From: a virus
DNA length: 64,000 nucleotides
Strand: one strand, 5' to 3'
IMG/VR virus record: IMGVR_UViG_3300012931_000017
Coordinates: 33,415-97,414 of that record
The position numbers and the translations under genes are program-made. Shown piece by piece: positions 19,931-30,503 of the stretch (positions are counted from its first letter, which is position 1; every line of letters begins with the position of its first letter). The notes under the pieces are model-generated. The model worked only from the letters and a program-made list of their open reading frames with translations. It had not been told where the DNA came from and did no database searches.

Positions 19931-21326
19931 ATCAATAGTTTCTCCGTTATTTTTTGAAAAAATATTATTACGCTATATTTTTACAGATTTAGAGGTAAGA
20001 GATAAAATCTTACCTTTTATAGTTGAAGATATATTTGATGATTTTTCAGTTAAAGAAAATATAAGAACTATTATTAAGTTTGTTGATGAACATTCAAAGT
20101 TTCCTACAATTCCTGAAATGAAAATGGAAATAAAAAATAAGGAAGCTAATGATGTTCTAGTTGAGAGTTTAGATATTGATACTTCTGAATATGATCGTAG
20201 TTATATCTTAAATAAGATCGAAGATTTTTTTAAGCGTAAGATGATTCTTAATGATTTAACTGATGCTGCAACTAAATTAAAAGAAGATGATTTAGGTATT
20301 CTTAATGATACACCAGATAAATTAAGAGAGAAATTAGCTTTTACTTTTAATAATGATATTGGTTTAAATGTTTTTTCTGAAACAGGCAGAGATAAATTTT
20401 TTAATTTTCTTCATAATAAAGATAAAACCATTTCTACTGGTATTAGTTATTTAGATAAGATTATATCTGGAGGTTTTCACGAGAAATCATTATCTTTGAT
20501 CATGTCTGAATCAAATTTAGGTAAAAGTTTAATAATGTGTTCATTAGCAACTACTTCATTATTAAATAATAAAAATGTTCTATATATTACCTTAGAAATG
20601 TCAGAAGAGAAGATAACTGAAAGAATATTAGCTAATTCTTTTGATTTAGATATTAATCAGCTACAGTATTTAACCAAAGATGCTTTTAATACTAAATTTG
20701 ATACATTAGCTTCAAAAATTGATAAAAAGCTTATTATTAAAGAATATGCTCCAAGATCTTTGAATGCAAGTAGAATAAGAAACTTATTAAAAGAATTAAA
20801 AATTAAACAACAATTTGTTCCAGATATAGTCTTTGTAGATTATATGGGATTAATGGTTCCAATAAACTCAAAAAATATTGAAAATACTTATGGAGAACAA
20901 AAAAGAGTTTCTGAAGAATTACGTGCTATTGCTGTCGAAGAAACTTTAACTTTAGTTTCGGCTGTACAAACTAATAGAGGAGGTTTTTCTAATTCAACTT
21001 TAGATTTAACTGATATTTCTGATTCTATAGGAACTGTAGCAACGGCTGATCTTATTATTGGAGTTATGCAGTCGGATGAATATAGAGCTGCTGGTAAATA
21101 TAGGTGGATAATTTTAAAGAATAGATATGGTTTGAATAAAATTCCTATGAATATTTGTGTTGATTATCCGAAGATGAGGATTTTTGGTGATGAATCAGAA
21201 GAAAATAATTCTGAATTGAAGACTGTATCTATAGTTGATGATGCTGCTGTTGATATTCTAAAAAGTGTAAAAACTGAAAAGAAGAAGAAATTATCGGACT
21301 TAACTGGAGGTGGCATTGAAATGTGA
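19923..21326 (+). CDS. gp41: DnaB-family replicative helicase (T4 gp41-like)
   Basis: 'ISYLDKIISGGFHEKSLSLIMSESNLGKSL' (Walker A), 'VFVDYMGLM' (Walker B) and 'AVQTNRGG' motifs of gp41/DnaB. Confidence 0.85.
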   Translation: MNESIVSPLFFEKILLRYIFTDLEVRDKILPFIVEDIFDDFSVKENIRTIIKFVDEHSKFPTIPEMKMEIKNKEANDVLVESLDIDTSEYDRSYILNKIEDFFKRKMILNDLTDAATKLKEDDLGILNDTPDKLREKLAFTFNNDIGLNVFSETGRDKFFNFLHNKDKTISTGISYLDKIISGGFHEKSLSLIMSESNLGKSLIMCSLATTSLLNNKNVLYITLEMSEEKITERILANSFDLDINQLQYLTKDAFNTKFDTLASKIDKKLIIKEYAPRSLNASRIRNLLKELKIKQQFVPDIVFVDYMGLMVPINSKNIENTYGEQKRVSEELRAIAVEETLTLVSAVQTNRGGFSNSTLDLTDISDSIGTVATADLIIGVMQSDEYRAAGKYRWIILKNRYGLNKIPMNICVDYPKMRIFGDESEENNSELKTVSIVDDAAVDILKSVKTEKKKKLSDLTGGGIEM

Positions 21327-21334
21327 GTTATCTA

Positions 21335-21368
21335 TTGACAATTATACTTTAAAATTTAATATTATATC
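21335..21368 (+). promoter_or_regulatory. conserved early-promoter element
   Basis: TTGACAATTATACTTTAAAATTTAATATTATATC. Confidence 0.6.
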
Positions 21369-21389
21369 ATAAAGAAAGGAAATCATTTT

Positions 21390-21782
21390 ATGTCAGAGAA
21401 ATCTACAGTTAGCAGTAATCAACAATCATTTATTAATTTAAGTGAAATGGTTGAACATGAATTTTGTGACCAGATAGATGAAGAAGATTTTTTTGAATTA
21501 GTTGATACATTTAATATAGATTTTTCTGATTTCTTAAAAAAGAAAACCTGTATAAATATGGAGAATGTTAAACGATTTAATCAATTTATCTTAAAATGTA
21601 AAACTAAACTAGGTATTAATATATATGAGTCATTAATCTTTATAGAGAAAAATTTTGTTTCGTTTTCAAAACTTATAAATTTATTAACTGATGAAAATAA
21701 GCAAATATTAACAAGAGAGATGGCTGATAAGTATAGAATTAAGATAAAGAGAAGTGCATTAAGTGAGTTTCTTATTTATTAG
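21390..21782 (+). CDS. hypothetical protein (130 aa)
   Basis: ORF track only. Confidence 0.3.
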   Translation: MSEKSTVSSNQQSFINLSEMVEHEFCDQIDEEDFFELVDTFNIDFSDFLKKKTCINMENVKRFNQFILKCKTKLGINIYESLIFIEKNFVSFSKLINLLTDENKQILTREMADKYRIKIKRSALSEFLIY

Positions 21783-21794
21783 AAAGGCTTAATC

Positions 21795-22355
21795 GTGGGA
21801 TCTAGTTCTTTAAAAGTATTTTCTATTTATCAAAATACAAAGAGATTTATAACTAGTAAACGTGATGTAAATATATTTAAAACTCAACCAGTAGTTTGGT
21901 ATAATAAATCTCCTGAATATATAATTAGACATTGTAAAAGAATATATAATGAGTTAGAAAACTCAAATTTTAATTATGATGATTTGGCTATATATTTTCT
22001 TCATAGTTATATCTTTAATGATAAAATTGTGATGGGAGATGTAAGAGATAAAAGTATAAATACAGTAAAGAATTTATATACAATTGATAGGTTAGAAGAA
22101 GACCAAAAGTTTATTTTATCTATCAATGAAAAACTTAGAATGGAGTTAAAAGATTATTTTGAAATTAATACGTCAGGAGGAAATCTTATTTATGATGAGT
22201 TGATAATGAAAGATCGTTTAAGTCCTTATTTTTATATAGAATATGAAAATATAGTTGAATTGAATAATAAAAATGAAGAAAAAATCGAATTAAAACTGTT
22301 TAAAAAAATTATTAAAAAAATTAAAGAAGTGAAAAAGGAGGCCAAATATGGCTAA
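21795..22355 (+). CDS. hypothetical protein (186 aa) in the position of T4 gp59 (helicase loader) immediately upstream of gene 32
   Basis: Synteny only; no convincing sequence match recalled. Confidence 0.25.
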   Translation: MGSSSLKVFSIYQNTKRFITSKRDVNIFKTQPVVWYNKSPEYIIRHCKRIYNELENSNFNYDDLAIYFLHSYIFNDKIVMGDVRDKSINTVKNLYTIDRLEEDQKFILSINEKLRMELKDYFEINTSGGNLIYDELIMKDRLSPYFYIEYENIVELNNKNEEKIELKLFKKIIKKIKEVKKEAKYG

Positions 22356-23187
22356 GAAGTTTTCGATGGATTGGAATAAAATTAATGAAAAAATCAAAGA
22401 ATCAGAATCAAAAGGAAGCTTTGAGAAAGATCAAAGAATCTATACACTAAAAGCTAAAGATGATGGTTCTGCTAGTGCTATTATCAGATTCATCCCTCAG
22501 AATGATCTAAGTAAGGTTCCATTTGTTAAATTGTACAATCATGGATTTAAGAATGGTGGACAGTGGTTTATTAATAACTGTCCTACTACAATTAATAAAC
22601 CTTGTCCGGTTTGCAAAGCTAATTCCGATCTTTGGGATTCTGATCCTGAAACTGTCAGATCGAGGTCTAGAAAGACTAGTTATTATACAAATATTCTTAT
22701 TATCAAAGATCCTCAAAAACCTGAAAATGAAGGTAAGGTTTTTATATATAGATTTGGTAAGAAAATATTTGATAAAATTATGAATGCTTGGCATCCACCT
22801 GAAGGTAGTGTTGATGATCCTATTGAAGTTTTTGATTATTATGCTGGTTCTAATTTTAAATTGATTATGAAATCAACAAAAAATGGGCCTAATTATGATG
22901 ATTCTAAATTTGTTGAAACTATTACTGAAGTTGGTGATGATGATACAATTGAAAAAATTCATAGTCAGACATATAATATTGATGAATTTATTTCTGCTGA
23001 TAAATTTAAAACTTATGAAGAATTAGAAAATAGATTTAATGAAGTTGTTGGTCTTAAATCAACCATTGAATCTAAATCTCCCGAAATTTCTAATTCACCT
23101 GATCCAACCGAAGATAAGGTTGAACTTAAATTAGATGAAAGTAGAGAATCATTTCTTTCTAAGTTGAAGAAAAAAGCTAAAGAATAA
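22348..23187 (+). CDS. gp32: gp32 single-stranded DNA-binding protein
   Basis: 'ASAIIRFIPQ', zinc site 'CPTTINKPCPVCK', acidic C-terminus; strong resemblance to T4 gp32. Confidence 0.85.
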   Translation: MAKKFSMDWNKINEKIKESESKGSFEKDQRIYTLKAKDDGSASAIIRFIPQNDLSKVPFVKLYNHGFKNGGQWFINNCPTTINKPCPVCKANSDLWDSDPETVRSRSRKTSYYTNILIIKDPQKPENEGKVFIYRFGKKIFDKIMNAWHPPEGSVDDPIEVFDYYAGSNFKLIMKSTKNGPNYDDSKFVETITEVGDDDTIEKIHSQTYNIDEFISADKFKTYEELENRFNEVVGLKSTIESKSPEISNSPDPTEDKVELKLDESRESFLSKLKKKAKE

Positions 23188-23193
23188 AGAAAG

Positions 23194-23222
23194 GATGGAC
23201 TGATATTAATTATCAGTCCATT
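23194..23222 (+). terminator. rho-independent terminator after gene 32
   Basis: Perfect hairpin GGACTGATA-TTAAT-TATCAGTCC followed by ATTTTAATTT. Confidence 0.7.
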
Positions 23223-23229
23223 TTAATTT

Positions 23230-24264
23230 ATGATACTGTACAATTCAATTCTCGAAAGACATTTGAAAATAGTTCTCGGATCATTTTTAAATGTTAATAC
23301 TACAAATAAAAAAGTAATGAATTTTAGATGCAATATTTGTGGTGATACCGATATTAATAAGCATAAGAAAAGTGCTTATATCTTAAAAAGATTTAATAAA
23401 AAATTAGGTTATGATACTTGGCAGTTTTATTGTCATAGAGGTTCTTGTGGTTCATCTATGTTAGCTGAATATTGGTTGGAACGCTATTATCCAACCAATT
23501 ATAGATCATTTAGAAAAGATTTATTATTCTCTAATAATTTAGAAACTAAAAAAGAATTAGAATTTTTAGAATTAGAGTCAAAAAAACAAGAACTAATTGA
23601 TAAAGAACAAAAGAAAATAGAAGAATTAGAAGATATAAGTTTCTTCATTCCAATACATAATCATAATCGTTTATGTGATCTTGCAAGGAACTATTGTAAA
23701 ACTCGTTTAATTGATGAACAAATCTGGTCTAAATGGTACGTTGCTGTAGATGGTAAATATAAAAATAGGATGATTATACCATTCTATAATGAGTTTAATG
23801 AGGTTTATTACTGGCAAGGTAGATCTCTATTTAATTATATGTCACCAAAATATTTAAATAGAGTTGATAATAGAGATGAAGCTATTTATAATTATAGTTT
23901 TATTGATAAATCAAAACCAGTAATACTTCTTGAAGGCATTATAGATTCATTATTTGTTAAAAATTCTATTTCAGTTTTGGGTACAAATATAACCGAAGAA
24001 TGTGCTAAAAAGATAAATCTATTAGATAAATATTACTTATTTGATAATGATGAACCCGGATTTAAAAAGTCTTTAGATTATTTAATCAAAGGTTGTAACA
24101 TTTTTTTATGGAAGCCTTTCCTTAAAGATATGAAATGTTTTTCTAAAGTTAAAGATATTAATGATTTGGTTATTAAAGATACTAATTATATAAAAATGTT
24201 AAATTTTGAAAATCTTCAGAAATATTTTACAAATAATATTTTTGATAAAATTTATTTGAAATGA
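23230..24264 (+). CDS. gp61: DNA primase (T4 gp61-like); true start may be the ATG at 23317
   Basis: Zinc ribbon 'FRCNICGDTD...YCHRGSCG' parallels T4 gp61 'FRCPVCGDS...HCYNCNY', followed by a TOPRIM-like region. The first ATG abuts the terminator and has no RBS. Confidence 0.75.
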   Translation: MILYNSILERHLKIVLGSFLNVNTTNKKVMNFRCNICGDTDINKHKKSAYILKRFNKKLGYDTWQFYCHRGSCGSSMLAEYWLERYYPTNYRSFRKDLLFSNNLETKKELEFLELESKKQELIDKEQKKIEELEDISFFIPIHNHNRLCDLARNYCKTRLIDEQIWSKWYVAVDGKYKNRMIIPFYNEFNEVYYWQGRSLFNYMSPKYLNRVDNRDEAIYNYSFIDKSKPVILLEGIIDSLFVKNSISVLGTNITEECAKKINLLDKYYLFDNDEPGFKKSLDYLIKGCNIFLWKPFLKDMKCFSKVKDINDLVIKDTNYIKMLNFENLQKYFTNNIFDKIYLK

Positions 24265-25022
24265 GGTTAAAAATGAACTTTGATTCTGGTTATGCTGGTT
24301 ATAAAACATTTCCGGTTTGTGATAATAAATCCGAGGAATGTAAATTTAGATATATAAATTATTGTCATCTAAGTTTTGTATGTACGAATGGAAAACTTAA
24401 ATTGACTGATCATGATTATATTCCATCATCGTGTATTTTAAAATTTGAATATGACAATAAAATTATATTTAATAGAGAAGAATTAGAAATAACCGACCAA
24501 GATTATAGTAATCTACATAAATTTATTAATAAAAATGATAATATTAATAAGTTTAATAATGCTAGCTATCAACCATTAGATTTATTAGAAGATCATTTAG
24601 ATGAATTAGAATTTGATTTTGTAATTATTAATAACCCGTTGTTATCTATTAGTTGTAATAAAGACATTAAAACTTTAGTTTGTAAATCTGTTAAATTTGA
24701 TTCATTTAGTGCTATGAATGATAAATTTAGAGGAAAATTAGTTTTTATTCATAATTGTGAAAAGAATCATGAAGAAATTCCAGAAAAAACTCTTTATAAA
24801 ATTACTACAAATACTTGTAGTGTTATAATTGATAATATGGCTTCATACTTTAATGATGTTAAAAATTATAAAATTGGTGATACTATACAAATAGAAAGAA
24901 ATAATTCAAAAACTGATTCGCTTGAAATAAAATATGATATAATAACTAATATAGAAACTAAAATTATTCCAAAACATGAGAAGGATTTTATAATTTGTCG
25001 ATATTTAATAATTGGAGAATAA
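24261..25022 (+). CDS. hypothetical protein (253 aa)
   Basis: ORF track; ATGA coupling. Confidence 0.3.
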   Translation: MRLKMNFDSGYAGYKTFPVCDNKSEECKFRYINYCHLSFVCTNGKLKLTDHDYIPSSCILKFEYDNKIIFNREELEITDQDYSNLHKFINKNDNINKFNNASYQPLDLLEDHLDELEFDFVIINNPLLSISCNKDIKTLVCKSVKFDSFSAMNDKFRGKLVFIHNCEKNHEEIPEKTLYKITTNTCSVIIDNMASYFNDVKNYKIGDTIQIERNNSKTDSLEIKYDIITNIETKIIPKHEKDFIICRYLIIGE

Positions 25023-25695
25023 GATGAATATAGTCGGGATTGATAATTCGGTTAATTCCCCCGGTGTAGTTTGGTTTACATTAGATACTGAAATGAATAT
25101 AATCAAAAAGAATTATTTAGGTTTCACTTCGGTTAAGAAAAATGAAACTAAAAATATAATTTTTTATAAAAAGAAAGATTTTTTAGATCCTATTCATCAA
25201 TATATTTGGAATAGAGATCAAATTTTTGGAAGAATTGTTGAAGATATTGGTTGTAAACCAGATTATTTGGCAATGGAGGATTATGCGTATGCTGCACTTG
25301 GGAAGGTATTCAACATTGCAGAAAGCACTTCAGCACTAAAGGTTAGATTTTATGAACAAAGAATTCCTATTAGACTATATGATCCGTGTTCAATTAAACT
25401 TTTTTCTACAGGATTTGGAAACTCAGATAAAGAAAGAATGAAACAAAGTTATAATTTGTTACCTGAAAATGAAAAATTAAGTGGAATAATTAATGAAGAT
25501 ATAATTGATGCTTATTTTATAACCAATCTACTTTATTTAGAACTTAAAATTAGACGAGGTTTGATAAGATTATCAGATTTAGATGAAAGTAAGATAAAGG
25601 TTTTTAATAGAACTTCAAAATCGCACCCCGAAAACTTATTAGTTCAAAATTTTATAGCTTATAAAGAAAGTGAAAAATATGTTAAGATCAACTAA
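25012..25695 (+). CDS. RuvC-like Holliday-junction resolvase
   Basis: 'NIVGIDNSVNSPG' (RuvC 'ILGIDPGSR'), 'LAMEDYAY' (RuvC 'FAIEQVF'), 'EDIIDAYFIT' (RuvC 'DAADALAIA'). Confidence 0.5.
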   Translation: MENKMNIVGIDNSVNSPGVVWFTLDTEMNIIKKNYLGFTSVKKNETKNIIFYKKKDFLDPIHQYIWNRDQIFGRIVEDIGCKPDYLAMEDYAYAALGKVFNIAESTSALKVRFYEQRIPIRLYDPCSIKLFSTGFGNSDKERMKQSYNLLPENEKLSGIINEDIIDAYFITNLLYLELKIRRGLIRLSDLDESKIKVFNRTSKSHPENLLVQNFIAYKESEKYVKIN

Positions 25696-26572
25696 ACTTA
25701 ATAGTTTTCTAAAAATAGAAGACTCTAATAAGGTTTTGATTATTGATTTGAATAATTTGGCTTATAGAGTCTTACATATTGCTCATTCTAGTGCACCTGA
25801 TGATATAGAATTTAATTATTGGAAATATCTAATGATTAATTCAATTTTTACATCACTAAAGATTTTTGATCCAACTAAAGTTATTATAGCAATAGATCAT
25901 CCTAATAGTTGGAGAAAGTCAGTATATTCTGAATATAAAGCTAATAGAAAGGAAAATAGAAAAGCTTCAGCTATAGATTTTGATCAATTTTATAAAGTTC
26001 TTGATGCTTTCTTAATAAGTTTTAAAGAAGTATTTTCAAATTTTTATGTTTTAAAGGTTGATAGATGTGAAGCTGATGATATAATAGCTATAGTAGCTAA
26101 AGAATTATTTAGTGGTATGACTAAGATTATAGTTTCCATGGACTCTGATTTACATCAATTATTACAATATAAAGGTGTTAAAGTTTACAATCCTATTGAG
26201 AAGAAGTTTATAGAAAGTTTAAATCCTAAGTATATGTTAGAGATTAAGATATTAACTGGAGATAAAACCGATAATATTAAAGCTATAAGACCAAGATTAG
26301 GTAAAGGTACAGCAAAGAAAATCATGGATAATGGTTTAGATATTTTCCTTCAAAATGAAGAAAATAAGAGTCTTTATACGAGAAATAAACAACTTATTGA
26401 CTTAGATTTTATCCCTTTAGAACTAATAAATAATATCAAAAATGAAATAAATTCCTATCAAATTTCAAAGTTAAATGAAATGAAATTATTTAATTGGTTA
26501 ATGAAGAATAAAATACAGAAATTTGCTGAGGAACTTACACTATATACTCAATTTTTAAGAAGAATTTGTTAA
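25670..26572 (+). CDS. rnh: RNase H / flap endonuclease (T4 rnh-like 5'-3' exonuclease)
   Basis: 'VLIIDLNNLAYR', 'IIAIDH', 'EADDIIA', 'SMDSDLHQL', 'ILTGDKTDNI' of the FEN/T4 RNase H family. Confidence 0.8.
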   Translation: MKNMLRSTKLNSFLKIEDSNKVLIIDLNNLAYRVLHIAHSSAPDDIEFNYWKYLMINSIFTSLKIFDPTKVIIAIDHPNSWRKSVYSEYKANRKENRKASAIDFDQFYKVLDAFLISFKEVFSNFYVLKVDRCEADDIIAIVAKELFSGMTKIIVSMDSDLHQLLQYKGVKVYNPIEKKFIESLNPKYMLEIKILTGDKTDNIKAIRPRLGKGTAKKIMDNGLDIFLQNEENKSLYTRNKQLIDLDFIPLELINNIKNEINSYQISKLNEMKLFNWLMKNKIQKFAEELTLYTQFLRRIC

Positions 26573-26573
26573 T

Positions 26574-27038
26574 ATGGGTGAGTGGAAACAGAATTTTTAT
26601 GATATAATTAATAAGGAAAAATATATTGGTTTAAAAACACCTTATTATAGATCTAGTTGGGAACAGAGATTTATGTACTTATTAGATTCTAATAATAGTG
26701 TAACAAAATGGTCTTCTGAATCAATAAAAATTCCTTATACTTTGGATGGTAAAACTCATACTTATATTCCTGATTTTTATTTTGAAGCTGTAACGAGAGA
26801 AGGAAAAGTTGATAGATTTATAGTTGAAATAAAACCTTATAATCAAGGGCCAACACAAGGAGAACATGGAATTTATGTTCCTAAACCTCCAAAAAATAAT
26901 AATTCAAAAGCTTTAAAACGATATTATGTAGAACTTAAAACTTATAAAAAGAATGCACAAAAGTGGTTAGCTGCAAAACTATATTGTGAAAAAATTGGAA
27001 TTAAGTTTAAAGTTCTCACAAAAACCGATATTTTTTAA
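26574..27038 (+). CDS. putative PD-(D/E)xK-fold nuclease
   Basis: 'IPDFYFE...RFIVEIKP' D...E-x-K arrangement. Confidence 0.35.
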   Translation: MGEWKQNFYDIINKEKYIGLKTPYYRSSWEQRFMYLLDSNNSVTKWSSESIKIPYTLDGKTHTYIPDFYFEAVTREGKVDRFIVEIKPYNQGPTQGEHGIYVPKPPKNNNSKALKRYYVELKTYKKNAQKWLAAKLYCEKIGIKFKVLTKTDIF

Positions 27039-27059
27039 AAATTAAACGAGGTTATTTTT

Positions 27060-27251
27060 ATGATAATTGATGGTTGGGGACCAACTCAATCTTTCTTAAG
27101 AAATGTTCAAACTATGAATATTGAACAAATTAAAAGTTCCATTGAATATTTGGAAATGTTATTGAATAGTGAAAAGTTCTCTTATGATCCAAAAATGATT
27201 ATTAAACGATTAGCTGATTTAAAAGAACAAGTTGAGTTTTTAACTACATGA
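27060..27251 (+). CDS. hypothetical small protein (63 aa)
   Basis: ORF track. Confidence 0.25.
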   Translation: MIIDGWGPTQSFLRNVQTMNIEQIKSSIEYLEMLLNSEKFSYDPKMIIKRLADLKEQVEFLTT

Positions 27252-27760
27252 ATATAATATTTCCTTTAAAAACTACATTTATAGATTATCCTGATAATGA
27301 AAGTGAAGCTATATTAATATTTTTTATGGGTTGTGACAATAATTGTTCTGGTTGTCATAATATAAATTTTAAAAATTATAATTATAAAAATGCTAAGGTT
27401 TTCTCACCAACTGATTTAAAACTAGAAATTGATAAATTATCAAAAAGAATTAATTCTAATAAAGTAGTTTTAACTGGTGGAGATCCTTTATCTAAGTTTA
27501 ATATAAATGAAATAAAACAATTGACAATTATATTAAAAAATTATAATTTAATGATATATACAGGACATGATATTGAATATGTAAAGAGAAATGAAATTAA
27601 AAATTTTGCATTTATAAAATGTGGTATTTTTGATATTAATCAAAAGCAAATATCAGAAAAAAATGATATTTTTTTTAAACTTGCATCTAAGAATCAACAA
27701 TTATACGATGCAGATTATAACTTAATAAGTAATACTGGTGTTTATTATTTTAACAATTAA
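27248..27760 (+). CDS. nrdG: anaerobic ribonucleotide reductase activating protein (radical SAM)
   Basis: 'FFMGCDNNCSGCHN' CxxxCxxC cluster; immediately upstream of nrdD. Confidence 0.75.
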   Translation: MNIIFPLKTTFIDYPDNESEAILIFFMGCDNNCSGCHNINFKNYNYKNAKVFSPTDLKLEIDKLSKRINSNKVVLTGGDPLSKFNINEIKQLTIILKNYNLMIYTGHDIEYVKRNEIKNFAFIKCGIFDINQKQISEKNDIFFKLASKNQQLYDADYNLISNTGVYYFNN

Positions 27761-27774
27761 TGGAGATTTAAGAA

Positions 27775-29253
27775 ATGTTTGATAATGATGATAATATTAC
27801 TACTTATAGAACCCTCAAAAATATGAGGAATGCTTTAAAACAATCATTAAAAACTAAATATAACATAGAAGATGATGATAAAATAGACCAAATATTATCA
27901 ATTCATGGAATTACCAAAGACAGATTTGATTTTATAAAAACTATTGAATCTACTATAATGGATAAATTAAATGATGTTTCTATTGATGCAAATTCAAATA
28001 AAAATGAAAAAACTATTGAAGCTATAACACAAGAAGCTATTGCTCCAGTTAAAAAAGCTATTGGTTATGATTTTTTGTATAGACAAATGAAAATACTCTA
28101 TGGAAAAGAAGAAGCTAAAAGACTTACTGGTGAAATGTACGATTTAAGTTTAGGACTATCAGATAGCACTAACATTATGAAGTGTTATTGTTGGGCTCTT
28201 GATGCTTCAAAGTTAGTAACTATAGGAAGAGAATTTGGGCAGCTTTGGTCAAAACCATCAAAACGAGTTTCTAGCTATATTTCAGCTCTTTGTGAAACTA
28301 TTCATCAAATGAGTAGCCATTTAGCTGGTGCAATAGCCATCGGTACTTTTTTTCTTGATGTTGCTCATCTGTCTTTATTTAAAGAACAGTTTGATTTAAG
28401 GGAACTAAAAACTAATTCTGAATTTAGAAAAAAATTAGAAAATGAATTTCAGCAATTTATACATTCGGTTAATCATTTAAGTAGAAATGGTAGTGAAAGC
28501 CCGTTTACAAATATTAGTGTATTCGATAGAATAAAACTAAAATCTCTTATTAATGACATGAGTTGGTATTTTCCTTTTGAAGAACTTCCTATCAATCATC
28601 CAAAAGAATTAGAAACGGAAGAACAACAAAAAGAATTCTATATTAACTATATTATAGATTATGTAATGGAAATTCAAAATATATTTCTTGACTTCTTTGA
28701 TAAAGGTGATGTAAGTAAAGATGGTTTACCATATAGATTCCCTCTAGTTACGGTTAATATTTCAAAGAAAAAATGGGGAGACAAAGAAATAATTGAGGAT
28801 TTGGATTTTCTTAAGTCTATATGTAAAAGGGAAATTTATCGTTATAATATTTTTACTAGTGAAGGAACTAAAATTTCAAGCTGTTGTTTTTCTGGAAATG
28901 AGATAATAAAAATCAAAACAAAAGACGGTGAGTCTATATATAGTTCATTAAAAAATTTTGTTGAACTATATTCCGAAGATTTAGAATTTGAACAAAAAAT
29001 TCCTGACGAATATTATATTGATTCGTTGAATAATGAAAATAAAATAGAAAGTACCAAAATACTTGGTGTATTAAAAAAGAAAAATAATACAGGAAAATTA
29101 ATATCTATAACAAGTAATGGAAGAAATATTAAAATTACACCGGATCATATTTTAAAAGTTTTAGATAAAACAACTAAAAAAGAAAAAGAAATTACTGCAT
29201 TAGAATTGAAAAATAATTTTAATAACTATTTGATTCCATTAAATTTAAAATAA
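27775..29253 (+). CDS. nrdD: anaerobic ribonucleoside-triphosphate reductase NrdD, N-terminal extein (27775-28884) fused in frame to the N-terminal half of an intein (28885-29250), ending at a stop codon
   Basis: NrdD-like N-extein. Intein block A 'CFSGNEIIKIKTKDG' starts at the second Cys of 'SSCC', block B is 'ITPDHIL', and a TAA stop follows 'IPLNLK'. Confidence 0.8.
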   Translation: MFDNDDNITTYRTLKNMRNALKQSLKTKYNIEDDDKIDQILSIHGITKDRFDFIKTIESTIMDKLNDVSIDANSNKNEKTIEAITQEAIAPVKKAIGYDFLYRQMKILYGKEEAKRLTGEMYDLSLGLSDSTNIMKCYCWALDASKLVTIGREFGQLWSKPSKRVSSYISALCETIHQMSSHLAGAIAIGTFFLDVAHLSLFKEQFDLRELKTNSEFRKKLENEFQQFIHSVNHLSRNGSESPFTNISVFDRIKLKSLINDMSWYFPFEELPINHPKELETEEQQKEFYINYIIDYVMEIQNIFLDFFDKGDVSKDGLPYRFPLVTVNISKKKWGDKEIIEDLDFLKSICKREIYRYNIFTSEGTKISSCCFSGNEIIKIKTKDGESIYSSLKNFVELYSEDLEFEQKIPDEYYIDSLNNENKIESTKILGVLKKKNNTGKLISITSNGRNIKITPDHILKVLDKTTKKEKEITALELKNNFNNYLIPLNLK

Positions 29254-29261
29254 TTGCTTCC

Positions 29262-29310
29262 TGTTGTTTTTAGTTAAAGTATAAATATTGATAATACTTT
29301 AAACAACAGG
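29262..29310 (+). promoter_or_regulatory. stem-loop between the Int-N stop and the endonuclease-gene RBS
   Basis: CCTGTTGTTT...AAACAACAGG 10-bp inverted repeat, followed by AGGAGATAATTATG. Confidence 0.5.
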
Positions 29311-29318
29311 AGATAATT

Positions 29319-30503
29319 ATGATTGAGTGTCCATATTGTAAAAACCTTTACTCTAATATAAAAACCCATATATTTTATAAACATGGTAAAAGTTATGAAG
29401 ATTTTAAACGGGAATTTCCTAATTTTGGAAAGACTCAAGAAACTGTTTCTTATTGGGACGGCATTTATTATAAATGTGAATTTTGTAAAAATGTTGGAAA
29501 AACTAAACGCAAATCAATGTTATTAAATCATTATAAAAAATATCATTATAATGAATTAAACGAAAGTCAAAAAATAGAGGTTGATAAATATGTTGAATCT
29601 AAAAACAAATTGGATCTAAATGAATTAATAACCTGTCCAATTTGTGAAAGAAAAGTAAGAATGTTTAAACAACATATTGAGAGAGGTCATTGTTTAAATT
29701 GGAATAAATTTTGTGAAGATTATAATTTTGATAAAAATTTAAAATGTATTATTACTAAAAATCACAAAAATCAATTGTCCATTAATAAGAAACTATTTTA
29801 TCAATCTGAAATTGGATTAGATCAAAGAAAACATTTATCAAAAAAATTTTCAGGAAATGGTAATTTTGCAAAACTAAAATATGTTAGAGAAAAAATTTCA
29901 AAATCAATGTTGAGTAATAATAGAACAAATCAACAATTAGGTAGTTTTGGTTTAATAGTTAATTTCATTTATAATAACCAAGAATATTTTTGTAGAAGTT
30001 TTGTTGAATTTAGAATTTTATTTGCTTTACTTGAAAATAATATTCCGTTTGAATATGAAAAAAATAGATTTTTATATGAATTAGATAGTGGTTTAAAACG
30101 GATTTATATTAGTGATTTGAAAATAAACGACCATATATATGAAATCAAAGCATTTTCTGGAGTTAATATAGAGGAAGGAAAATTTAAGGGTTTTGATGTT
30201 TACAATAAAAATATAAGAATCATTATAGAGAAATCTGGTTTTTCTTTTAAAATAGTAAATTATTCTATGCTTATGGATGAACTAAATTTAGAAAAAAATC
30301 CTGATTTTTATTATGCAAATAAAATAAAAGAAATGTTAGAAAAAAATGAAATTAAAAAATTGCAATTTCTGGTTTTTTCACGAAGTAAATTGAAAAGCAA
30401 TTTTTTTAAAAAATACAACATAGATATAGAAAAATATGCTTGTGTTAATTATAAAGAATTTATAAAAGAAAATGGAGATAAAATAAATGATAACTTGGTG
30501 TGA
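29319..30503 (+). CDS. free-standing homing-endonuclease-like protein: three C2H2-like zinc fingers plus a C-terminal PD-(D/E)xK/Vsr-like nuclease domain
   Basis: 'CPYC...HIFYKH', 'CEFC...HYKKYH', 'CPIC...HIERGHC' fingers; C-terminal 'ISDLKINDHIYEIKAF'. Confidence 0.55.
   Translation: MIECPYCKNLYSNIKTHIFYKHGKSYEDFKREFPNFGKTQETVSYWDGIYYKCEFCKNVGKTKRKSMLLNHYKKYHYNELNESQKIEVDKYVESKNKLDLNELITCPICERKVRMFKQHIERGHCLNWNKFCEDYNFDKNLKCIITKNHKNQLSINKKLFYQSEIGLDQRKHLSKKFSGNGNFAKLKYVREKISKSMLSNNRTNQQLGSFGLIVNFIYNNQEYFCRSFVEFRILFALLENNIPFEYEKNRFLYELDSGLKRIYISDLKINDHIYEIKAFSGVNIEEGKFKGFDVYNKNIRIIIEKSGFSFKIVNYSMLMDELNLEKNPDFYYANKIKEMLEKNEIKKLQFLVFSRSKLKSNFFKKYNIDIEKYACVNYKEFIKENGDKINDNLV

Noticed and set aside
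18229-19935. Minus-strand ORFs 18229-18423 and 19675-19935
   Set aside because: Antisense within the DNA polymerase and uvsX genes.
22507-22794. ORFs 22507-22794 (-) and 22523-22783 (+)
   Set aside because: Both lie inside gene 32 in other frames or antisense, and gp32 is strongly supported.
29254-30486. Group I intron in nrdD (T4 nrdD carries one with I-TevIII)
   Set aside because: The interruption is flanked by textbook intein blocks (A and B upstream, F and G downstream) that are in frame with the exteins. The inserted gene has its own RBS and a protein-level (intein) context, not P1-P9 intron structure.
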